A DNA stretch of 64,000 nt from Chrysomallon squamiferum (taxonomy: Eukaryota; Animalia; Mollusca). A model generated the notes under the pieces. The model made no database searches, was not told the DNA's origin, and was given only the letters and a program-made list of their open reading frames with translations. The position numbers and the translations under genes were made by a program. Where the stretch lies: contig CM022665.1 of the NCBI GenBank assembly GCA_012295275.1, forward strand, positions 6,634,001 through 6,698,000. Direction: 5' to 3'. Shown here piece after piece: positions 31,295 to 44,700 of this stretch (position 1 is its first letter; every line of letters starts with the position of its first letter).

Positions 31295-34200
31295 TCAGAT
31301 CAGAGGTGCATTTGTCCAGTAGAGCTGATATATTTGTCTGCTCTGTCCAATTCCCATGTTTCTGAAAATACAAAGATCAAATTTTTTAATTAAAATTTAC
31401 GAATGAAAGGATTAAAGGTTTTAAATAATAACTGATCTGCTTTGGTATAAAAAAAAAATCAAGAATTATTACTAATTTGAATTGCATTAATTAATAAAGC
31501 TGGACATCAATGTCAAATATCACTTTTCTTATTTCTTTAATAATTTAATTTTTGAAGAAAACAAAAATGTTTTGAAATTTAATGAATTTATGTTACAAAC
31601 TTAAATATTTCATAACAGAAATTAGAGTAAATTTGTATTCTGACCTCCCAAGTTTACCAACTTTGATGTTGGCTAGCAGGGATTCCCTTTCTTTTTCTGT
31701 TTGGCAAGCTGCATAAGCATCAAATAAACTGCAAAATGAAAGTTTAACTTAATCAAGAAATAAATTAAAAAACATTTATGGATATGTAATTATCATAAAA
31801 CTTTACAAAACTTGTGAAATTTTATTTAAAGTCTTCTGTATTAACTAAAGGATTTATAAAATTTAGTTTTGACATTATATGTTTCATGACAGAAAAGTAA
31901 ATCTTTCAGCAGTCATATTCAGTTTAACTAATTATTTTGGTTGTTCTTTGAATTTGTATTAGATATATTTGTTATGAAGTATACAGCAAGTGTTCTTTTA
32001 TTGGCCTTGGTAAATTGTTTGCAAACAATCTGAGGAAATGGATGTAACAATAAATAATAAAAGTATTAACAAAAACAAAGCAAAAACAAAATCTGGAAAA
32101 GCAACTAATCTACTTACTGTGTAACTGTAGGATACTGATCAATAATTGCCTTGGCTTTGTCTGCAGACATCCCATGGAGTTGGATTAACTGCTTTCCAAA
32201 CATTTCACATAGTGTCAAATTCTGAAATTAAAAAAATATATATATCATCAAAATTAGGTTTGAATAATTTGCTAAAATGAAATAACAAATAATTCCTAGA
32301 ATTACAGCTATAGATCAGTTATGCTTATAAAAGGCAATTTTGTCATTCACTTAATAACATTTTATAACTATTATACAATTATTATCATCAGGAACATCTG
32401 GTAATCATATACTGATAATATGAAGAAAAAAAACATTAATGTGTGTTACTGGTAACAATTTCAGAAGAAGTGAAAACTCACACATACATTATATTAGAAA
32501 TTACTTCTTTATTACAAAATGAAAACCAATTAATTCAATTCCATTTATCTTTTAGAATATATTAAATGTTTTATACTATATTCAAATTACAAAAATATTA
32601 CAAATTACAACAGGAAACAAATTTATTGTTTGGCATGAGATTTATGCAAGCCAAAATTAAAGCTACCTGTCCCACAAAAAACAGGTAATTTATAAAATGT
32701 AAAAAGTGTTAATAATCTAGATAAAAAAATTGTGATTACTGCATCATTTTATTTATTGTACAGCAGAAATCTATGATATTTTGTCAAACTAACAAATAAT
32801 ACCTTGCTTTTAATAGATCCTTGGTTGAAATGTTGGAATTCAACAAAGAACTGCTCATCATCTTGTAACTGACAGCTGCGTTTCATATTCTGTAACACTT
32901 CTAAACTACAAGCATGTAATCTTTTACCCTGCAGAAATAAAATATATCATTTTATTATAGATTAAAGTGTTTCTTTGGTAATATTGGGAAAAAAAAAAGA
33001 AAAAAAAAAAAAACCCTTTATATACATTTTATACATTTATTTCCAAATTTTTATAATAAGTAAGGTATAATAATATAATATAGGTTGAGCATCCTGTATC
33101 CAAAATCTGAAACTTTTTCCAAGCAGCCGAAATATCAATATCTTATAGCTTTTAGACTGTTTGCATATACAAACTTTATTTTTTCTGTAAAATTACAAAA
33201 AATATTTTAGGCTATCAATAGAAGTCCTATATAAAATATAAATGGAATTCATATTTAGACAAGATCCTATTCTCAGGCTACTAATTTATAATTCCAAAAT
33301 CCAAACAATTCTGAAGTTCAGGCCCCGGGCAGTCTCTATATTGGATTCTCAACTCTAATACTTTTACAAAATATTTGAATATACCTCTTGTTTTCCTGAG
33401 CTCTTTTATCTATCGTTCAGTTATTAACTACAAACTTTATACCAGCTTTAAAAAAACATGAGCTATATGTAACACGTACCCTATAATAGCTCTGAAGATA
33501 TCGAGTGAAAATAGTTAAGTAAGTGACAGTTTCCTTGACATCACCAGTTTTCTTTATTTGGAAGCCATCTATAACCTAATTAAAAAATAATAATAATAAT
33601 AATCAAAAATTGTTTTTGTATCTATAAAATGGTAGTTAAGGAAATACCCTAAAATTCGTATACATTTATGTAGGTACCACGTACTGCAAGACTTATTTTA
33701 AGTAAAAAAATTGTGCTGTGTACTAGTACAATATATTCTGAAGTATTTTTGTTGTGTTCAAATTTTAGTATTCTAGCTTTAATCAGTAAAAATAAATGAT
33801 ACACAATTATCTGACAAACCTGTGTATTTGTAATAGCTTGTTTCAGTTTGTCTTCAGATATGCTGAAATGCTGCATTGACTTACATTCCTCTATTAAATA
33901 TATAGCATTTCTCACACCACAACGCTTCAGTCGAAACTAAACAAAAAATTAAAAGACAAATGTTAAGTTATCATATTTATTTGAATTATAACGTAATACA
34001 AAACTTTTTTTTTTTTGTATCATTCTTTAAGCTACACTGAAAATACTACCCTAAGGAGACTAAGTGGGTTTTTTTCAATAAGGATGTGAGAAGATGGTTC
34101 TGATCCAGTAATCCCTCCTTCACAAAAACTCAAATTAAAAACCAAACTTCTCAGGAATTTGTAATAACTGAGTATGAAAAGCTCTTCCACTTAATTTTGT

Positions 34201-37200
34201 TTTTTTTAATTAAAAAGAAAAAACAACAACAAATTTGACAAAAATTCATCTAAAATATGAAACATTGGAAAACATTTTACCTTCTGTTCTCTGAATCTGC
34301 CATCAATGGTACTGCTAACAAGATCGTCCATTGTCTTCCTTTCAATGACATAATCCAGAACCAGTTCTCTTCCTTGTGGCTTGATTATCTGACCTAACAC
34401 AAAAAACACATCTATGACAATACAAGGTGTAAATAATATATTGTAATTTCCAATTCATTAACAACAGTAACTCTAGTGCATTAGAGTAAATATCAAAACT
34501 AGTAACATAAAAAACATTAAATTAACAATATGAACTTTAATTCTGAAGAGTAGTTAGAAAAATGGTTGTAAAAATCCTGTATCATGTAGCTGATTAGGTA
34601 ATGAATATTTATTTTTTCATAAATATGTTTTTACCTGGTACATTCTGTGATTTCTCTCGTGCAATCCACAGCATATCCCCAACATGAAGAGGTCGCAAGT
34701 CACACTGTACACCATTCCTTATTAGATCAGGAAGAAGGGTTTTACTATTGTTACCACTAGAAGACAAAAATTGTTGTGTGAATGTTAATGTTTAAGACAT
34801 TCAAGAATATTTTGTTTTTATATCTACTTCTACATTATTTTATGCAGAGACAAAGAATCATGAAGAAGCACTCATTGTTTTGTAAGATACTATTTGAATT
34901 GATATGTTTTTAATCCTGATTACAGCAATCTTTGTTTACATTATTTATGTTTAACCTGTATAAATTGAAAAAATAATAATAATAAAAGAAGAAAAGTTCT
35001 GTTTAGTAAAATTTTGGTGTTTCAGATAATGACAACAAAATTTTTTAAAATATTAAAAATCTCTAAACATTTATCATATACAATTAATAAAATTAACAAA
35101 GTATGGTATATATTCAGGAATGTTTAACATGAATCAATAAGGGTAACCTTCCTCACTTTAAATTTTAATTTTATTCTATCCTGTTATCTAAAGGACTTTA
35201 AAAGATCCAAACCTTCCATAAAATTCCCTGTTATCAACACACAATATGATATCAAAAGAATCTGGTAAAAATGTAAAGTCTGATGGAGGCAAGCCACTTG
35301 TTGATGCAGTTGATAAAATACATGAAGCAGCAGATCTTTGTGTAGCCAAATCTTGAGCATTTTCATTGAGAACCAAGCCTTGAGAATTTGACTTCAATGT
35401 CATGCTTTCATCACCACCAATTTTAACTGATGAAATCAGATGAGCTGTTTTTAAATTTGGTTCTGTGAGTTTTTCCTTCAGTGAAGATTCCACAAGAGAT
35501 GAAACTGCAGCAGTATTTCTGTTAGTGTTTGTGTTTCTTTGTTTCTTTGGTTTCGTTTTAATAGGTTGATCTGAAACCTCTGAAAATAAAACAGTTATGT
35601 GTTGACACATTATTTAACATTATAATACTGTTTACTGAACCTGCTCCAATTCATAAACAGAAAATGTTAAAGATTTTATATCAAAACGTATTTTTATACA
35701 TACTATTAAACAGAAAATTTCTGTGTGCTTTTGGAATTCATTCATATCAATGATTTCAACCAATGCAGTTATACATAGCATGAGGAGCAAATGCTGGTTT
35801 GATCATAAACAATATTACGTTTCTGAAAATTTAAATTCTACAGGTCAGTTGTAAAGGTCTCTGATTACCTTTAGTTAACTGTTGTTCCTTTAGTGGTTCT
35901 TTTACAATAGGTGGAAATGCAACATCATCAGCATCAGCATCACACAGATAAGCATACACATCATCACCTAAGGGTCTGAATTAAATATTAAATACAATTT
36001 TAAAAGGAGTAAGGAGTAAATTTAAAAATACCTTTAAAACTAAATCTTTTTATGTTTAATGAAAAAAAGGTTATTAAAAATGTTTGCTAGACTTAATTAA
36101 TGCAGAAAATGAGTACATTATTTCTAATTATCTTTATGAACAGATCACTGATATAAATATTTAATCTCACCTGCTAATGTCTAGCTTGTATGTTTTGCCT
36201 GATTTCAAAAGTTCTTGATAATTACACTTGACAAGAAAGCAAATGCCATGATTGTCTAAAATAAAAGTGAAATGCTTGCTACAACAGTCAAAATTCCTTT
36301 TGTTATTGAAACAATAAATTTGTATAAAGTGTATGTATAACAGTATTTTAGTTTTTTCACTGACAACACTATTTGAATTTGTCAAATAATATTCACTAAA
36401 AGTGTGGTTTTTGCATGTGTGTGAACGCACGAGTGAATCTGAGTACAAGCATGCTTATGTACATGCATAAAAAAATTGTATTTATATTTAACACTAGATG
36501 ATTAACAACAAAACTAATAATAAAAAAATATATAATATATTACTAAGAATTGTACAACCTGTATGTATTTAATGGTCTCAAATGAAAAATTAAAAAATAC
36601 TTCATTGAAAAATATACATAGCTGTTCCATAACAATTTTACGATTAAAGTTTCAATGTATAGAATGCAGTGTAAAATAAATAAAACTGTTGTGGAACTGA
36701 AAATATTCAGTCTGTAGATTGCATAGTTTGTATTATGTATCAAGTTTGAAGATCAAATATTATTAACCATCCAGTGAAACAGCTGCTTCTTCCTTATTTA
36801 CCACAAGTTTATCATCAGAAGTAACAAACCAATAATGAATTCTGGAATAAAAATAAAATGTCAGATAATGTGTTATGAAAGAAAATGAAATTAATAATTA
36901 TAATAATAACAAATAGTTTTAGGATTATAGAGATTAATTGGTACTTTCTAAAATAAGTTCCAATGATTGCATCATGCCTCATTTAACTATGTTATAAATA
37001 TTAAAAAGTTTTTTTACATTATATTCTTTTTTATTATTATTATTTTTTTTTTTCATTATATTTACTGATGTCTGTAACAAAATCTTGACCTTTCAGATTG
37101 TCCAAATGAATTTTCTGAGGACAATGTGCAGGTATTTTCACTGTTGTTATTTTTGACACTTTCATCACTTTTTGATTTATCAGATGAATCAGCAGACTGT

Positions 37201-40200
37201 GCTGAAATGTTGTTGGTTATTGAACCAGTTGTTTGTAACCTCTGAGCCAGTTCTATACCAGACTGAGTCAAACTATACCTTTGATAAAAAAAAAAATAAT
37301 AAAAAAAACAATAAAAGGTGTCAAGAAATTTAATATTACTATTACAAATGTACCTTTCAAAAATTAGTTAAAATTAAATGCAAGTTAAACTTTAGTGATT
37401 ATATATGTTAAAAACATTTATGTGCATACTGCATATAAAATTAATACATACCTGGCCGGACTGCTATTCTTGGTGACCAAACCTCTTTTAACCAAGGTTC
37501 CCATTGATGACCAGGAGGTATAGTAACAATCAGGATCACACTAAAACAATAAAATATAAATAATAATTTAAAAACAGTAATATTTATTTGGGATATATAA
37601 AGAGGTCTATTAAAACAAGTTTAGCAGTATGGTTCTTCAGCAACTTTTAATTAAAAACAATAAAATATAACTGGACAGTGGTAAAGGGATATACATAAAA
37701 ATTAGACAAAGCTTAAAAAGAACATAGCATAAAAATACAACAGTTGGTAAATTAATATAACATAAACATCTGACTACTAGTAAAATAATAAAATATAAAA
37801 ACTAAACATTTGAAAATGTACATAACATGGTAAATAGAAACAGGTCAAGGAAGGACATTTTATTTATATTATTCTATGAATATACAGTATGAATTTTTTA
37901 TTATGTGCCATTTATCAAGCAGGATGCTGCACACCACAGCCTTTGGTACACCAATTGTGGAGCAAAGGCTGTAATGAAAAAAGTTTAATGGGTTCACCAA
38001 GAGCAATCGATCTAATGACCTACTGCACCTCGAGCAGACACCCTACCACTAAGCTCCTTGAAACAGATCAACACAGGCCTGTACAAACTGCACACATTTT
38101 TTTATTTGACATAACCAGTTTACAGTTTGTGCAAGATTTACTGAATGATTAGTACCAGTAGTATATCACAAATTTTTATCACAAGTACAAACATGAGTCT
38201 TTTCCCCAAACCAATGCTTTTTGTTTTTGTAGCACTTAACATAATTTGTCATGTTTGTATAAATATCTTACAAAAGTAGGTGCATTGATTTTTAGAAGCA
38301 GAATTTAACCAATCAAAAATGGCAATATATTCTAATTAGCAAATGTCATTCAGTGAAATTTGACAAATTAGAGAAGAGATGTTTTTTTTTAATTTCTTAA
38401 ACTTTTGTATACATACACTTTTTACTCACCATTGCTGCTCTCATGTTTCTCAAAATTAAATGTTTTTTTTTTTTTTTAAATTATAAACAAAAAAACAACA
38501 TTTTATGCAAAATATTTTGGCATGACCTCTTTTCAGATTACACAAATATTTAATCTGATAAATAGAATAAATATAGAATGTAGGGAAATAGATAATTTAC
38601 TGCTGTGAAGGATTTATCAGCAAATGGTTCAGCAGCTTGAATTATTTCTGTACGAGTCATAAAGTCACATAAGCTGTCTGAATTCTGAAAGAGAAAAGAA
38701 ATTACAAATTGTAAAGAAACATTACAAAAATATATAAAAAATGTGAAAAATTACCTACCTATATAATTAAGTGAACATATTCAAATATGTAGACAAACAT
38801 TTATTTATTGCAATAACCATATCATTGAATTTAACACTAGTAAAACAAAAGTATATACTGTCATTAACACAGCTATAAAAAAGCAAACAGATCTTCCATC
38901 TTCAAACATACTAGCAATTTTTAGAATTACATACATTATTAGTCTATGTTGATTTTACTTTTGTACATTTTTACTCCTTTTTAAAATATTAAAATATCTC
39001 GCAAGTTATTACCTGTGTATTTCTGTAAAGTGCCAGCAAAATAGCATATGCTCCTGATCTGTAAGCAGGAATGTACTGCCTGTTTCCCGAACATTTCTGT
39101 CGCTTCTGTATGAAAAAATAATTAAAATTCAACTTAAGATCATTAATAACTAAAGTCATCTAGTAAAGCATTCTGTTCTTCGTATGAACAGCTAATTACT
39201 GGTTAAAGATCATCAGATTTAGTCATAAAATAATAAGCAATGAATTTCAAGAAAGAAAAAAGAACAGTTCCAAAGATGGTTATTATATGTGACATATATG
39301 ATTTGTCTAATATCTGTAATTAAAATTATTTTATTATCATTTTATATGTCAGTGGTTATTGTTAACATTTAAGAATTAATTAATTTCATTAAAATGTGGA
39401 AATACACACTGAGGATTTTTTAAAAAGTAAATATATACACAAAGTGACAGAAAAAAACAGACAAGATATATATATTTATTTATCTACATTTATGTTATTA
39501 CCGTTTTTGGCACTTTTTTTGCTTCGTCATCTGATTCATCACTTATGACTTCTGAGATATTATGAGCAGCAGAGGCAGTTTTTCTAGATGAGATTATTTT
39601 GTCCAACACAGAACTAGTTTTACTACAAGGAATAACTGATTCAGTGATGGTAGGGGTGCTCATAACAGGGGCTGTGGTCCCTAAAAAAAAAAACATTGAC
39701 CTAATATTTACTTTAATTAGAAAGCTAAATATAGAAATGACATTATATGGGATAACAAATGGCTTTTTATACAAACACATACATACACACTTTGGTACAT
39801 ACTTATACATTAATTAAAAAGAAATTTTTGGTGGCAGGAACAATGACAGGATCCTTACATCCAACAGCAGATTCAAACATATGCAACAGTCAATTGGTCT
39901 TAAAAATTTATTCACGAAGCACATGAAGTTAACAATGATTTGAGGAGTCTTACATTACACACTTCAACACCTTCCTGGTGATCATCACAGAAGTCTAAGT
40001 CAGTCTTCCAAAATCTTACCATGTGTTTCCAGGTGTTTAGCAAGGCGATCATCCAACATTTTGCAAAGTTTGTCTCCTGTGAAAACAATATTATTTTCAA
40101 TCTTAGTAAAATATTCATATAACAGATTTATTTTATTTTAAAAAGAATGATAAATGACTGCTTTTTCCTGTTAAATTAATGTTTTCTTCAATATGGCTTC

Positions 40201-40848
40201 ATCCCCAACTTTGACCCAAAAGATAACATCAAATGAAATTTCAACAAGAACATTTTTGAAGTTTTTAATGGAGGAGAAGAGCAAGACAAATATTTTACTA
40301 ATACTTTATAACAATGCTAACCAAAATTCTGTAGAATACTGCAGTCTTTACCACATGTTAGGGGTAGAGGAAACTTCTTCAAACTGCTCAGAGCCTAATA
40401 AAAAAGGAAAATTGTAGATAATAAACAATAATTTAATTGTTTGTTGTTGTTGTTTTTTCTATTAAAACACTTCGTGATATGATATAAATAATAATAAAAT
40501 AGACCTAAAATAATTATTAAAAATGTTATTTCAAATAATAATTAACATGTAATATTTATACACATTTATTGTGGGTTCAAAATATGTACAAAAGCAAATT
40601 ATTTTCAAAATTTCTCAGCATCCAAGTACTGCAATATCATATTACTACAGTAAACTTTATTTTCTATACAAAATATCAAAATTAATTTTTGTGAAATTGG
40701 TAATAATTACTTTACTAAATGTATACTGAGTCTTCCAGCCATTTTCTTCAGCTTCTTGCTTCCATTCTCTCAACCATTGTATAAACAATGGATTTGGACA
40801 TTTTGGTTTTGGCTTTTTACGTTTGCCTTTAAGTTTAAGTGGTTCCAT
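31295..40848 (-). CDS. MUS81: Crossover junction endonuclease MUS81 (~787 aa)
   Basis: Twenty coding exons, all phase-consistent (2364 nt): 40848-40711, 40394-40322, 40076-40020, 39680-39502, 39105-39013, 38684-38601, 37540-37452, 37278-37090, 36841-36768, 36255-36171, 35975-35869, 35579-35213, 34756-34635, 34393-34281, 33936-33820, 33575-33480, 32928-32803, 32221-32118, 31728-31645, 31361-31295. Domains: N-terminal HhH ([19 protein letters not shown]), winged helix ([39 protein letters not shown]), ERCC4 nuclease ([31 protein letters not shown]) and C-terminal HhH2 ([16 protein letters not shown]). Confidence 0.95.
33081..33357. mobile_element. Non-autonomous Tigger-type MITE (MER46/Tigger4-like)
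   Basis: Imperfect TIRs taggttgagcatcc ... ggattctcaactcta in a TA context. Internal tttagac..tcc.att and attccaaaatccaaa motifs are as I recall for MER46. Confidence 0.6.
37918..38058 (-). mobile_element. tRNA-derived SINE, 5' part
   Basis: The minus strand has an A-box-like agcttagtggt and a B-box-like agatcgattgc, followed by cccatt..ctccacaattggtgtaccaaaggctgtggtgtgcagcatcctg. Related fragments lie at ~21740, 41070, 48872, 50280 and 56250. Confidence 0.65.
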
Positions 40849-41069
40849 GAAAACATTAAGTATTCTGAAATTAATGGAAACAAATTAATAATATAGATGT
40901 TAAAATTTCAAAATGGGTGGATTTGTTTAGATCTGTAGTCCTGTTATCAATTAAACTATTTTAAACACAATAATCAAACAAAATCAAGATATGTGCTATG
41001 GAACTCGGACACTTAACAGGTAAACTGGAAAGTGAATGTTTATATATATATATATATTTAACACACTCT

Positions 41070-41255
41070 TCACATTTTTCATTTAGTAATACATCATGTA
41101 TATGATCAAAAATCACAGAGAATCTAAGGGAATTCTGCTACCATGTCATTCTTTTTTTTTAATTATAATTTGCTGCAAGTGCAAGGGATCTAATAGATCA
41201 CAGATGCATTTCTCATGGACAGGAAAGTATCGCTATAACCTCTGATAAATCAGTG
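41070..41255 (-). mobile_element. Degenerate SINE remnant in the MUS81 5'-UTR intron
   Basis: gcaagggatct..atgcatttctcatggacaggaaagt..cctctgataaatcagt matches the SINE body in reverse orientation. Confidence 0.45.
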
Positions 41256-41365
41256 ACTGCTACAGCCCGCCATTTAACCTGGTCAATCAATTCAAACAAT
41301 TCAAATAACTTTAAAAGCATTTGGAATTACAACCGTATTTCGCTTGTACATTGTAATTAACATAC

Positions 41366-41724
41366 CCACTACATGTAGTCAATTTCGAGCACTGCTTTCC
41401 TGATTTTTAATTTTCCGAGAGGACTCAGAGCAAGTTTAAACATTTTGTTTTTCTTATTTCGAAACGTCACTTTGTCATTGTAGTATTTTATTGTTGACGA
41501 CGTGTCTTATTTTGGAACAGATAACTGTTTATCTGAACATTTTAAGATGCAATGAAAAACACTATAAACAGTTAAATGCATAAATCATGTTAAAAACCAC
41601 TTTATGGTGGAAAATTAGAAAGTAAAATAAAATTAAGAAATCCGCCAGGTGACGTCTCGTAAAGGAGAGCAAACAGGGGCACATCACTCATAAATATTTG
41701 TGTATTGGCAACTCGGATGTTGAA
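41366..41724. promoter_or_regulatory. Bidirectional promoter, MUS81 / TTC8, including a probable non-coding first exon of MUS81
   Basis: There is a minus-strand acceptor just upstream of the MUS81 ATG (~40865) and a candidate minus-strand donor GTATGT at 41365-41360. The region is CpG-rich, with CRE-like GTGACGTC (41649), ACGTCAC (41464) and a GGCAAC X-box half-site (41707). Confidence 0.6.
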
Positions 41725-44700
41725 ATGGATCAACTTTTTCTTGCATTCAGTTACTTCAGACGACGTAAATATCAGAAATGTCTGGATATTTGTACAACTA
41801 TATTAGAGAAGAATCCATACGATCAGGTATACTGTAAAGTATCACTCTTCAGTGTGCTATATTTTCATAAATTATTATTATTTTATTATTTGTCAACTTC
41901 GATTATTCATTTTCGTCAGAATGATTATATAAATATCCATTGCCGTTTAAAATGATAAAGAAAAATAGCTCCGAATACTTATGCATTATAATTAAATGAT
42001 CTGTTTGATTAATTAATTGTAGCTTGTTCATTTTACTTCAGAAATCTGAGAAAAGTACTAAAAAATCAAACGTATTGAAATAATATATATAATATTATAA
42101 ATATATTATATATCATGTAAAAATATGTAAATAAAATAACATTTCTGTCATATTCTGGATTGCTTTAATTAAACACGAAAACATAGCCATTAACCCCAGA
42201 AACAGAAATGGATGTTTAAATGAAAAAACATTTTTAGCACAAATAAACAAATAAAAATCACACTTTGTAGTGCCAATAAACAAATACAAACTTGCACTTT
42301 TAAGTGCCATCAAATATTCACGAAAGTTTTTAGTCAATTCTGCCTTTTGAAGAAATATTCACGAATTGCTGCTTTTTCAGTCTGGTGGAAACACCGTGTT
42401 TGTGTATGCAGTGGTCTCTGTCAAAACCAGATTCACTTTGGACCAGTGACATATGCTGTTTTAGAGTGCCAGTTTATAAAGATTAAAATAACACAAAATT
42501 GGAATATATTTTAATATAAATGGTAGAGTTAAATGTTTCTCAAGTGTCAGCAGAGAAATAGTCTGTCTGATGACTGAATTATTTTTCTTCATATTTCTCT
42601 TCAAAGCAAACTTCTTTCTCATGGCCTCCATGTTTAACATTGGTTGCAAAAGACTGATTTTGGTAGTAGCAGCAAAATATTTAATTTGTTTTATCACTTT
42701 TAAGAACATCAGTGTATGAAAGTTCAGAACATGTCCAAAAGTTTGTGTATATCTTCAAACCATTCATGTAACTGCATATAGTAATTACAAGATTCATTGT
42801 TTATAACCAGTATCTGAAGCAGACAGCATCTGGATTTGTTCATAATAGATTAATAGATTTATATATATATATAATTTTTAATCACATTTAAATTTGATCT
42901 GTAATTAATACTCTTGTTTTGGTGATCTTAGGAAATAACCAGATACAGATGCACAGTGTACTTTGAATCAAATGATTGTGTATTTTTTTCCTGTATCTTT
43001 GGTTGGCAGGGTCTGTATAGAAATTAACTTTTGAATTTTGAATTACATACTTAGAAATATATCTATAAAAACCACAAAAAACAAACAGACTGATTAACAC
43101 ATTCATTTTATTTTATTATCTAAAAGTTGTGTTAAGTTTTAACTTAAGTGCAAAAGTTTGTACATGGAGTACATATATGTTATTCACATTGTTGTGTGTG
43201 TGGTTTTTCTATGCAAATAACTAAATTAAAGGAAAATGTTTTACAGGCAGCATGGGCACTAAAGACAATGGCTTTGACAGGTCAGGTCTACATTGATGAA
43301 GTAGATGTTGATGAAGAAGGAATTGCTGAAATGGTAATGGATGACAATGCCATTGCTAATGTGGCACGTCCAGGAACTTCTTTAAGAAATATCAAACCAG
43401 GGACAGCTCAAGGAGCAGCAAGTCAAGGTGTTAGGTAAATAGTTAAATATTTTATTTGTTCATATCTAAATCTTCATACTGGTTATAACTGACACTTCAT
43501 TTACAAATTTCATACATATAAAGAATATTGCTCTTAACTGAATCTTCACACTGCTCATACCAAAAATCTATATTACAGTAAATTATTTTTAATTTATTTA
43601 TTGAATTATGGCAATTAATAATTAAATCATAATGATACCATTAAACACCTATATAAAAATGTTCATTAATTATGGTAACTTTTATCATATTTAATCATTA
43701 TAAGATAAAACCTCTGCTGAATGTAATGTGAATATGACATTGCTAAACTGGATTTTAGAAGTGTATGTGATAATACTTTTTTTTATTTTTTTTTATTTTA
43801 TATATATGTCAGTGTGTGAGTATGACAACTTCATGCATTTATTTTATTTTTTATTTTTGTTTTTAAATGCGTACATAATAAGAATTTTTTTTATAACAAA
43901 TCTGCACAATTATTACATGTGTTTTTTTTTTTTAACTTTTGTTATAGACCAGTATCACAGTCAGGTCGGCCATTGAGTGGTTTTGTGAGACCAGGAAGCC
44001 AGGCAGGAAGACCAGGTACTATGGAACAAGCTATTAAAACTCCACGAACTGCCCACACAGCACGACCTGTTACCAGTGCATCAGGCAGATTTGTTAGACT
44101 TGGAACTGTAAGTGAATATTTATAAAACAAAATTAATATTACTTTTAAAAAGAAATCACCACAGTAATTAGAAAAACAAACATTAGCATTGAACATCAAA
44201 ATTATAAAGTGTCATTTTAAAATGTACACAGAAAATTATGCACGTAATGAAAAGGAAGTTAAATTCTTTGAAATATAGTGTTCTTTAATTTTGATTTTTT
44301 TAAAATAAAGATAACAAACAATTATATTCAGTTAGAATAGCAGTGTTCAGTTAACTTTAATATGTATCATGTTTTTATATATTATTCATTAAAAATTTTA
44401 TATCTGTGTCATCAAAGAAATATAACATTTTCATATTGTTTTCATGCTTCAGGACCTCCTTTACCAAGACTTTTATAAGTTTTAATTTACAGTCCAAACA
44501 GATAATTAGATTCTATCTTTTACTGGACATCTCAAAATATTAATTACAATAAACACAACAGTGCTTGAAAAAAAAAAAAAAAAAACATTACATATTATGT
44601 GAATATTTTATAAATTCCTTAAGAGCTGCTCCTTTCAAATTATACTGAATTTTAATTATACTTTCAGGCATCCATGTTATCCACACCAGATGGTCCATTT

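Noticed and set aside
37918-38058. tRNA gene
   Set aside because: A/B-box-like sequences only, with no cloverleaf; it continues into SINE body sequence.
42461-42709. 82-aa minus-strand ORF as a small gene
   Set aside because: It lies within Tigger copy A and is a decayed transposase C-terminal remnant.
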